A stretch of DNA of 64,000 bases. Origin: an uncultured Gammaproteobacteria bacterium. Lineage in GTDB: Bacteria > Patescibacteriota > Microgenomatia > JAMCZE01. Location of the stretch: NCBI GenBank assembly GCA_964576435.1, contig CAZNUP010000001.1:34345-98344 (forward strand). Direction: 5' to 3'. Shown in pieces: positions 7,841 to 15,490 of the stretch. Position numbers and translations under genes: made by a program. A model generated the notes under the pieces. The model ran no database searches and had not been told where the DNA came from. It saw only the letters and a program-made list of their open reading frames with translations. Each line of letters starts with the position of its first letter. The stretch's first letter is position 1.

Positions 7841-8692
7841 ATGCAATTAGATGATTACTTGAACAAGTTCGTAGACTTCCTCAAAGCTCAAGGCAAGGCT
7901 ACCGCAACCATCGTTGCCTACAAAAAAGACATCGATCAACTTGTAGCATATTTGAAAAAGATCGGCAGGTCAAACATGTCCGAGGTCACAACCGAAGACT
8001 TGAATAATTTCCTAGCTACTTTGTATACAGAGAATTACACCCCAAAATCAATTTCCAGAAAAATTAACTCCATTAAGACTTTCTATCGCTTTTTGACAGC
8101 TCAAAAGTTGGTTGACACTAACGCAGCAGCTGCCATTATCCACCCAAAATTCGACACTAAAGCCCCCAGAATCTTAACTAGGATGGAGTATAGAGCTTTA
8201 AGAGATGCAGCAAGAGAAGACTCAAGAATCTCAGCTGTCATCGAACTCCTCCTCCAAACCGGTATGAGAATTGGAGAATTAGCCGCTTTAACTACAGATA
8301 GTGTCAGCGACCACTTTATTAAAATCCCAGCCATTGAAGGCCATCCAGAAAGAGACGTCCCACTAAATAAATCAGCAAAGGCTGCCGTTGATAGATATCT
8401 TGGAGATAGACCAAAAGTTCAAAGTAACGCCCTTTTTGTCACAAAAACCGGCCGCCCACTTCTAATTAGAAACATAAGAACTGCAATTGACAGATATTTT
8501 AAGATTGCTGGCATTCAAGGAGCTAAGGTTAACGATTTAAGACACACCTTTATCGCCCACCACCTAGCTTCAGGAGCAAGTCCAGTCATGATCAGTAAAT
8601 TAGTAGGCCACAAAAGAATCTCTACAACCGAAAAATATCTTGAATTCATAAAGGATCTTCCAGCTGAAAAAGTAAAATTGGAAGAACTTTAA
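7841..8692 (+). CDS. XerC/D-like tyrosine recombinase, divergent active site
   Basis: N-terminal SAM-like domain, TGMRIGEL, NDLRHTF, LVGHKRISTTEKY. Confidence 0.88.
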   Translation: MQLDDYLNKFVDFLKAQGKATATIVAYKKDIDQLVAYLKKIGRSNMSEVTTEDLNNFLATLYTENYTPKSISRKINSIKTFYRFLTAQKLVDTNAAAAIIHPKFDTKAPRILTRMEYRALRDAAREDSRISAVIELLLQTGMRIGELAALTTDSVSDHFIKIPAIEGHPERDVPLNKSAKAAVDRYLGDRPKVQSNALFVTKTGRPLLIRNIRTAIDRYFKIAGIQGAKVNDLRHTFIAHHLASGASPVMISKLVGHKRISTTEKYLEFIKDLPAEKVKLEEL

Positions 8693-8911
8693 ATGGAAAA
8701 TGGCGAAATAGTTGCAATCATTGACGCTGTTTGCAAAGGAAATCCAGGAGAAAAGCCCCATACAGTTAGACTTGAAGTAAGAAACACCCCCCTAGCACCA
8801 ATCAACCCTACTTGTCCGAAACCAGAACACCAAGGTCTTCCATTAGAAAGATTGGTAGTAATTCACGGAGTCGAAGTTCCTGGCATCCAATATTCACCAA
8901 GTCATGAGTAG
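8693..8911 (+). CDS. Small hypothetical protein with spaced Cys/His residues
   Basis: ATG immediately after the xer stop codon; C..H..C..H pattern. Confidence 0.5.
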   Translation: MENGEIVAIIDAVCKGNPGEKPHTVRLEVRNTPLAPINPTCPKPEHQGLPLERLVVIHGVEVPGIQYSPSHE

Positions 8912-8915
8912 CTTG

Positions 8916-8989
8916 TGGGCCCAGTAGGGATCGAACCTACGATAGACGCTGTGTATAAGACAGCCGCGATACCACTTCGCTATGGGCCC
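8916..8989 (-). tRNA. tRNA with UAU anticodon (tRNA-Ile(UAU))
   Basis: GGGCCCA/TGGGCCC acceptor, GCGA/TCGC D stem, GCTGT-CTTATAC-ACAGC anticodon arm, GTAGG-TTCGATC-CCTAC T arm, A73. Confidence 0.9.
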
Positions 8990-9669
8990 TGTTTTGTTAT
9001 TATATCAGCCTCAAGATAGAAATCACTTATGGCCTTTATTGATTGGATGATCTCTCTCTTAACTTCAACATTGGTAATATACAAATTGCAAGTTCCATGA
9101 CCAAAGCTTTTATATGTTAGTCCTTTCCTTGTACTTTCCTTAATATAAGGTTTCCTAAATCTATCTTTGGATATTTTGAGGAGATTACTCCAATAATCAG
9201 TTTCTTGCTGAATATCCATATCAGAGTAAAGACGTAAAAGAACTGATACCTTTTCAAAAGGAAGTCTAAGTGATATCACAAACCAATGCAGGGCAAATTT
9301 TATAACCTTAGGATCCGTGTTACTTACACAAACATGAGTGGAAGTAACTTTAGTTCCCTCCCCCCAATATAGAAACAGTCCTGCTAACAACAACTCTCGC
9401 TCTGATAACGGTAGCCACTGAGCTTTTTTTGCCTCGTAAATCAAATACTCCTTTTTCTGTTTTCTTAAAGCACAACTTTGCCTATAATGTTCAATCCAAA
9501 TATGCCTCTTTTCTTTAAGTTTAGCTATTTGCTCTGAATTTAGTGGATATTTTTGAAGCCAATCGCTTAACGTGCTCTTGCTTAAACCTAGTTTCTCTCT
9601 AATCTCAGAGTAACTTTTTCCCTCCAGACGAAGCTCAATTGCCTTTTTCCGATCCTCTTGTCTTGCCAT
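8980..9669 (-). CDS. HTH plus LAGLIDADG-like domain protein
   Basis: N-terminal HTH (GKSYSEIREKLGLSKSTLSDWL), LAGLFLYWGEGTK, VSNTDP, GHGTCNL. Confidence 0.75.
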   Translation of the reverse strand: MARQEDRKKAIELRLEGKSYSEIREKLGLSKSTLSDWLQKYPLNSEQIAKLKEKRHIWIEHYRQSCALRKQKKEYLIYEAKKAQWLPLSERELLLAGLFLYWGEGTKVTSTHVCVSNTDPKVIKFALHWFVISLRLPFEKVSVLLRLYSDMDIQQETDYWSNLLKISKDRFRKPYIKESTRKGLTYKSFGHGTCNLYITNVEVKREIIQSIKAISDFYLEADIITKQGP

Positions 9670-9733
9670 CGAACACTACAATTATATTTAATTTCAAAAC
9701 ATAATAGTTCGATTTTATATTGATGTCAAATAG

Positions 9734-12088
9734 CTAATACAAATGACTCCTTGAAGCAATCTCCGCCTCCACTTCCCTAACATCTCGGGCATATTTAAGT
9801 GAAGACAATTCTTTAATTGTGTCAGCAATCTTTTTATTTCGAACTGCATTGATAGAAGCAAAATCATGATTAATTTCCATTGAAAATGTCGGCACTGGTT
9901 CATTGTTCACAAGTGTTTTGACATAACAATTAAACGCCTCCACTTTCAAAAGATCAGACTCCCCAAATGTTGGCGCAAATTCATGTGACAAAAATTGCGC
10001 GTCAGCTACACCAACACGGAACGCAATCTTAGTCCCCACGTTTCCAAATATGGCGTTCTTCACATCTTCTTCAACTTGAGCAATAAACTGATTAGCGACA
10101 GTTAGATTAAGTGCGTATTTTCGAGCTTCAGATAAAATTGTGGCAAAATCCGGTGTCGCAAAATTTTGAAACTCGTCCACATATAAATAGAAGTCTCTCC
10201 TCTGCTCTGCTGGAATATTTTGCCTGCTCATTGCTGCAGCCAAAATCTTAGGAACTAAAAGATTTCCCAGGAAATTACTGTTCTCTTCTCCAATAACACC
10301 CTTAGCCAAATTAATAATTAAAATCTTCCCCTCATCCATAGAAGTTCTAAAGTCAAACGAACTTTTAGATTGGCCAATGATATTTCGAATCATTTTATTA
10401 GTAACGAACCTTCCGAATTTAGATACAATGTAGTCAAGAGTCTCACTTTTATGGAATTCAGAAGTTTGCGCAATTTGTTCTGTCCAAAATCTTTTTACAA
10501 TTGGGTCCTGCACTCGAGGAAGTAGTTCTTGAAGATAAGGACCTCCCGGATCTTGAAGAACTCTCATAACTTCAATAAGAGTCCCAGATGGATCAGCTTC
10601 CAAAACTGTAAGCATCGCGTTTCGAACGGAGTGCTCAAGTCTTGGTCCCACAATCCCTGTTTGATGAGGGTCAAAAAGTTTGTACAAAAGACCGATAAAC
10701 CCAGTTACTGTCATGTGCCTTTCCATCTCAGTATGGGCTTCCATAATATTCCACCCCATTGGTCTAGAAATATTTGATGGATCCCAATAAATTACATCCT
10801 CTGCTCTTTCAGGTGGAATTGATTCCATGATTTGTTCGTAGGTGTCATGAGGATCAATAAAACATACCCCATGCCCTTTTTTAATGTCTTGGAGAATCAT
10901 CTGTGACATAAGAAGTGACTTTCCAGTTCCCGTTGCTCCAATGATATAAGTGTGTCGTCTCCGGTCCGGGTTAAGCATATAAACCGGCCGATCTCCTCCT
11001 CTAAACACACTTTTCCCAAGGAACAAATCTCCATGATCCGGAACTTCTTGGGGAGCTGGTCCTCTTTTTGCATTGAGCCAATAAATATTTGGCGTCTCAA
11101 TAGATTTATTTGGAAAATGGAAAATAGTAGCAAGCTCCTCAGATGTAAGAATTGAGGCTTTCCTAAAAAGCGGCTGATATCTATAAATAAAGTCAGTCAT
11201 AAAATTCGACTGAATGCGGATTTTGTCTCCCGAGAATCCATTCTGATCAGAAGTAAACTGCGCAAAAGCACTCTTAATATTGTCCATGATGAGTTTTGAC
11301 TGTGGTTTAGTTGGTGCCGAAGCAACAATTCTAACTGAAGTAGAAAAACCAGGTTTTGAAACTTTACTTTCAATTGCCTCCAAACTCTTAGCATCGACAT
11401 TAAATTTCGCTTTTTCAGGGTCAGCTTCATTTTTCTTGGTCTTTGAAATATACTTTTTCCCAAAAGTTCGCCATTTGTTCTCAGCGGGAGCCACAACTAT
11501 CTGAATAACGGCCCCCTCCCCTTCCCCAAGTTTAGCTAGTGACGAAGTTAAAATACTAAGAGGATCAACCGCTAAGTCTCGCCATATTTTAATTGGCTGA
11601 TAATTGGCCCCCCGAAGCTTCAAACTTGCGTAAGACACTTCTCCCTTTTCCGTAAAGATATTGTAATCCTCAACTTCAGTCACAACTGCCCCCGGGTATG
11701 TTCCATGAATCTGTTTTTCAATTAAGTCCTTGCTCTTAGTAGGAACTGCTACATAAAACCTAATATCTCCTTGTTTACCAACTATTTCAAAAGACAAATG
11801 CTCCTGGGTCTTAAGAAACATAAAATCAAACCAATTAGATTTTCCTCTATATAGTGTGTACAACGAAGCAAAGAGTTGCTCCATAGCATCGATTTTTATC
11901 TCGTTGTCCCGTGGAACTGCCACCTGCAACAGAACAAAAGACAAAGCATGCTCTTCCCTGTCTCTCCATCTATAAAATTGAATAAAAAACCAACCAAGCG
12001 CTGCTAAGATTACAGCTAAGATCCCAAAAGATAGAAGTAAAATCACAAGACCAATGATGATATTAGGAAGAGCAGCAACAATGTCCAT
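9734..12088 (-). CDS. Membrane-anchored VirD4/TraD/HerA-like (DUF87) ATPase
   Basis: N-terminal TM, Walker A GATGTGKS, IDPH, Walker B LYVDEFQNF, LSEARKY, ANQF. Confidence 0.88.
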   Translation of the reverse strand: MDIVAALPNIIIGLVILLLSFGILAVILAALGWFFIQFYRWRDREEHALSFVLLQVAVPRDNEIKIDAMEQLFASLYTLYRGKSNWFDFMFLKTQEHLSFEIVGKQGDIRFYVAVPTKSKDLIEKQIHGTYPGAVVTEVEDYNIFTEKGEVSYASLKLRGANYQPIKIWRDLAVDPLSILTSSLAKLGEGEGAVIQIVVAPAENKWRTFGKKYISKTKKNEADPEKAKFNVDAKSLEAIESKVSKPGFSTSVRIVASAPTKPQSKLIMDNIKSAFAQFTSDQNGFSGDKIRIQSNFMTDFIYRYQPLFRKASILTSEELATIFHFPNKSIETPNIYWLNAKRGPAPQEVPDHGDLFLGKSVFRGGDRPVYMLNPDRRRHTYIIGATGTGKSLLMSQMILQDIKKGHGVCFIDPHDTYEQIMESIPPERAEDVIYWDPSNISRPMGWNIMEAHTEMERHMTVTGFIGLLYKLFDPHQTGIVGPRLEHSVRNAMLTVLEADPSGTLIEVMRVLQDPGGPYLQELLPRVQDPIVKRFWTEQIAQTSEFHKSETLDYIVSKFGRFVTNKMIRNIIGQSKSSFDFRTSMDEGKILIINLAKGVIGEENSNFLGNLLVPKILAAAMSRQNIPAEQRRDFYLYVDEFQNFATPDFATILSEARKYALNLTVANQFIAQVEEDVKNAIFGNVGTKIAFRVGVADAQFLSHEFAPTFGESDLLKVEAFNCYVKTLVNNEPVPTFSMEINHDFASINAVRNKKIADTIKELSSLKYARDVREVEAEIASRSHLY

Positions 12089-12118
12089 ACACCTTAAATT
12101 GTAGCACAAGCACCAAGG

Positions 12119-12673
12119 CTAAGAAGTCTTACTTCGGACAATTTTTCCCTTAACTTTTTTAACTAAGAAGTGCGCTTTTAAAAGTTGGTAAATAAACCAT
12201 TCTGATAACCACCTAAATCCGGATGAAGTAGGTTTTTGAAGTCCCTGTGCAATTTGATCATCAGTCAAACTAACTCCAGAAACTGTAAAATATTGAGTTT
12301 GGCTAATTGGTGTCTGCGCACTGGGTACTGGTTGAATTCCCATTTCTTTAGCAATTTGTGGAGGCACAGGAACATCTCCGTGATCAACCTTTTCTACTCC
12401 TCCCATTTCAAGAACTTCTTTTTCAAGTTCAATCTCTCTTGAATAGTTTTCCCAATACTCATCTCCTTCTTCCTTAGCAATCTTATTAGATTCCCCCATC
12501 TGCATAAGTTTGGCCACCTCTTCGACTTTTTGGTCGACAGACGCAGAAGAAAGTTGTTCTTTAAGTTTAGGAGAAACTGGTGCTTGAATAGGTTGGTTTG
12601 AATCGTCTTGCTTAATTTGCTGACCAGTTAGTCCACCAGTTTGCTGATCATTATTATTTTGGGAATTATCCAT
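12119..12673 (-). CDS. Hypothetical protein upstream of the ATPase
   Basis: 184-aa ORF, low-complexity N-terminus, C-terminal GFRWLSEW helix; extended -10 before ATG. Confidence 0.7.
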   Translation of the reverse strand: MDNSQNNNDQQTGGLTGQQIKQDDSNQPIQAPVSPKLKEQLSSASVDQKVEEVAKLMQMGESNKIAKEEGDEYWENYSREIELEKEVLEMGGVEKVDHGDVPVPPQIAKEMGIQPVPSAQTPISQTQYFTVSGVSLTDDQIAQGLQKPTSSGFRWLSEWFIYQLLKAHFLVKKVKGKIVRSKTS

Positions 12674-12707
12674 ACACTACCAGGATAGCACAACAACGGT
12701 GATTGAA

Positions 12708-13298
12708 CTAATTAAGTGTATCTAATAGTTCCCATAAACCCCGAAGATCTCTACCCATTCCATTACCAAAATCCAACCCCTCCCCACCAGCATAAAAATC
12801 ATCAACATGCATAACCACATGATCTGGTCTGAAATGTTTATCCCTATCAATTCTATTTTTATCAAAAAGTACCACCACCTGAATCCTACTTGCTCCATCC
12901 TCAATTAATTTCTGCTTAAGAAACTCTAATGTTCTACCTCTATCATTAATATCTTCAAGGACAACAACGGGTTTGTCCTCTACTAAATCCCTTGACTGCC
13001 ATTTCACAACATTTACATCTCCATGAGTTCCTACACCATTTGCACTCCTCACCTCCACGTCCGTCACAACTAGTCGACCCACATCTACTCCATATTTTGG
13101 GACCGCTTCCAAAACTCTATCCTTAAATGAAGTCGCACCAGTCTGATTCCACAACACAACAGATCCCGGCTCAAGTAATTTTGCTATATGAGGAATACTT
13201 CTCCTTAAAGACATATCCACCTCAACAGGAAGAATTCTACATTGAATCCTAGGCCCACCAGGATATAGATATTTAATTTCACCGCCCCACCTAATCAT
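12708..13298 (-). CDS. Phosphoribosyltransferase, hypoxanthine/guanine PRT-like
   Basis: PRPP loop VVVLEDINDRGRTL, LFDK, C-terminal GEGLDF. Confidence 0.75.
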   Translation of the reverse strand: MIRWGGEIKYLYPGGPRIQCRILPVEVDMSLRRSIPHIAKLLEPGSVVLWNQTGATSFKDRVLEAVPKYGVDVGRLVVTDVEVRSANGVGTHGDVNVVKWQSRDLVEDKPVVVLEDINDRGRTLEFLKQKLIEDGASRIQVVVLFDKNRIDRDKHFRPDHVVMHVDDFYAGGEGLDFGNGMGRDLRGLWELLDTLN

Positions 13299-13304
13299 AA
13301 AATC

Positions 13305-13325
13305 AAAAAATCCGCTTTCGGCGGA
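13305..13325 (-). terminator. Terminator-like hairpin directly upstream of the PRTase start
   Basis: Minus strand TCCGC-CGAAA-GCGGA followed by T6. Confidence 0.55.
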
Positions 13326-13435
13326 AATCTATTTCGTTTCCAACTATCTACCAAATTGTCTTTAAAGTCAACAGCTACCTAAATAAATATCTAGCTTGAT
13401 ACAAATTTCGACTTAACAATGTAAAATATGCCATT

Positions 13436-13891
13436 ATGACAAAAACTGAAAATTGCGGCTTCTGCGAAAATCCCAAAAACCGTGAACGAGAAATTATTAG
13501 AACAGATCTCGTGTGGGCTTTTCCCACCTTAACACCAATTGTGCCCGGCCACATATTAATCTGTCCCGTTAGGCATGTCCCCACTTTTGATCTACTTACA
13601 AATGACGAAAAAATTGCAATCTTCGATCTCGCTCAAAAAATAAAACTTTCCCTGATAAAAACATTTGATGCCGGAGGATTTAACTTTGCTTGGAACGAGT
13701 CTGAGATCGCAGGACAAACGGTCCCCCACTTTCATCTACATGTTGTCCCCAGGAAAAAGGGTGATGCTGGTATTTATGAATATGAACCGAGAAAATTCTT
13801 ATATAGACCAGGATCAAGAAGTGAAACTCCTCAAGAGGAGCTCGTCTCAGTAGCAAGATTAATCCAAAGAAATATAAAGGACAACAAATAG
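13436..13891 (+). CDS. HIT-family nucleotide hydrolase
   Basis: CGFC, PIVPGHILICP, AGQTVPHFHLHVVPR. Confidence 0.93.
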   Translation: MTKTENCGFCENPKNREREIIRTDLVWAFPTLTPIVPGHILICPVRHVPTFDLLTNDEKIAIFDLAQKIKLSLIKTFDAGGFNFAWNESEIAGQTVPHFHLHVVPRKKGDAGIYEYEPRKFLYRPGSRSETPQEELVSVARLIQRNIKDNK

Positions 13892-13922
13892 AAAAAGGGA
13901 TATTATAGCTGCCTATAAATTC

Positions 13923-14233
13923 ATGGCAAAAGTTTATGAAGGTGGATGGAAATTTCGTTTTTCAAACACTCCTTTCATGAATCCTGCAAAGCTGTATGAC
14001 AAACAAGAGTCAATTCTGGCTCACGAGCTCTGTTTAATTGGTTTTTGGTCACAATTAAGAAAAATCTGTCCAGTTTATATGCCTATCAACTTATCAAGCT
14101 TTTTAAAGAATTAAAAAATGACCAAGCAGCAGAAGAAGTATTAGATTTAGTCACTTGTCATATTAATTTGATTAAAAAATCAGGTGTTAAAATTGATATA
14201 AACGAAGAGTTCAAAGAGTTTATACCTTCTTAA
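13923..14233 (+). pseudogene. Hypothetical gene split into two overlapping frames
   Basis: ORFs 13923-14114 and 14045-14233 overlap around AAGAAAAAT; one -1 shift would join them. Confidence 0.35.
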
Positions 14234-14486
14234 ATCTAGGGGTCATCTCTCCATCAACTTCCACATCTTCCAAAAAATTATCAATTGGTCTAAAAAATAG
14301 AAATTCTCCGCCATATAACCACCTATATCCCACAATTACTCCATCAGTCGCTTCTAAAAATCCGAGTGTTTCAATTTTGTAATGTTTATCTGGGTGTTTG
14401 TAATGCGCGTAAACATCTCCTATCTTAATTTTCTTTTGAGCATCTTCTAAACGTTTTTGCAATTCATCTTCAGAAATATGTCCCAT
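14220..14486 (-). CDS. DUF1653-domain protein
   Basis: GDVYAHYK...Y....FFRPIDNFLEDVEVDG..PRF. Confidence 0.8.
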   Translation of the reverse strand: MGHISEDELQKRLEDAQKKIKIGDVYAHYKHPDKHYKIETLGFLEATDGVIVGYRWLYGGEFLFFRPIDNFLEDVEVDGEMTPRFKKV

Positions 14487-14489
14487 ACA

Positions 14490-15482
14490 TTATTCTCCTT
14501 TCTTTGCTTGTGCTCTCGCATTAACTTCATAACTTGTGTTCTGTGCTTCAAAGAAGTTAACAAGTTCATAAACATCCGTTGCCGTACTCATCCATTTAGC
14601 AGGATTTGAAACGTTATAAAATGGTTCAAATCCAAGTTCTTCAAGTCTCCTATCGGCAACATATTGGACATACTGATTAACATAGTCAGCATTAAGTCCA
14701 AGTATCCCTCTTGGGAATAGGTCCTTATTATAATTTGTTTCAAGACTAACCCCCTCAGTAATGATATTTTTAATTTCCTGAGCAAATTCAGGAGTCACAA
14801 GGTCAGAATTTTCCTCAAGAATGGTAAGAATAAGTCTTATTCCAAATTTAAGATGCAAACTCTCATCCCGAAGCACCCAATTAATCATCGACCCGAAATT
14901 CCGAAGTTGATTTCGTTGCCTAAAAGACAATGTCACCATAAACCCTGAATAAAACCAAATCCCTTCCATCACAATGTTGTAAGCAACTAAGTTTCTAATA
15001 AAATTCTTCTTCCCCTCCTCAGTAGTTACATCATAATTTTCCTCAGTCATTCGCTTTATATATTTCGAAACAAACGCTTCCTTAGCTTTCATTGTTGGCA
15101 TTTCCGTGTGGACTTCATAAATTTTGTCTCTGTCTAAAGGTAGTGTCTCTAAAACATATTCAAAAGCCACACAGTGGTTAGCTTCTTCCCACATTTGTTT
15201 AGCTAGATAAAGATGACACTCTGCAGATTTAAGGTACGGGTAAACTCCAAGTGCCAATGCTTTATTCACAATAAGTTCCGCCGGATTAAAAAATGCCATC
15301 ACAAGTGACACTGCCTTTTTTTCATCTTCCGACATTTTTGCCCAATCCTCCAAATCTTCTTTAAGGGCAATTTCATGTGGATACCAAGTGTTAGCAATTG
15401 CTTGATTATATAAATCCCGTGCCCATGGGTAGCGTGGTGGGTGCAAATTATAATCTTCTGGCGCTGCTTTTCCGATTAACAT
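14490..15482 (-). CDS. nrdB: Ribonucleotide reductase beta subunit, class Ic-type
   Basis: Ligands FNPAE, EEANH, MEGIWFYSGF, RDESLH; Phe at the radical-Tyr position; C-terminal NFFE...Y. Confidence 0.93.
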   Translation of the reverse strand: MLIGKAAPEDYNLHPPRYPWARDLYNQAIANTWYPHEIALKEDLEDWAKMSEDEKKAVSLVMAFFNPAELIVNKALALGVYPYLKSAECHLYLAKQMWEEANHCVAFEYVLETLPLDRDKIYEVHTEMPTMKAKEAFVSKYIKRMTEENYDVTTEEGKKNFIRNLVAYNIVMEGIWFYSGFMVTLSFRQRNQLRNFGSMINWVLRDESLHLKFGIRLILTILEENSDLVTPEFAQEIKNIITEGVSLETNYNKDLFPRGILGLNADYVNQYVQYVADRRLEELGFEPFYNVSNPAKWMSTATDVYELVNFFEAQNTSYEVNARAQAKKGE

Positions 15483-15490
15483 AAAAGTTT

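Noticed and set aside
7841-8989. Integrative element (integrase next to tRNA 3' end)
   Set aside because: No duplicated tRNA 3' fragment (att site) was found, the flanks are housekeeping-type genes, and the protein looks Xer-like
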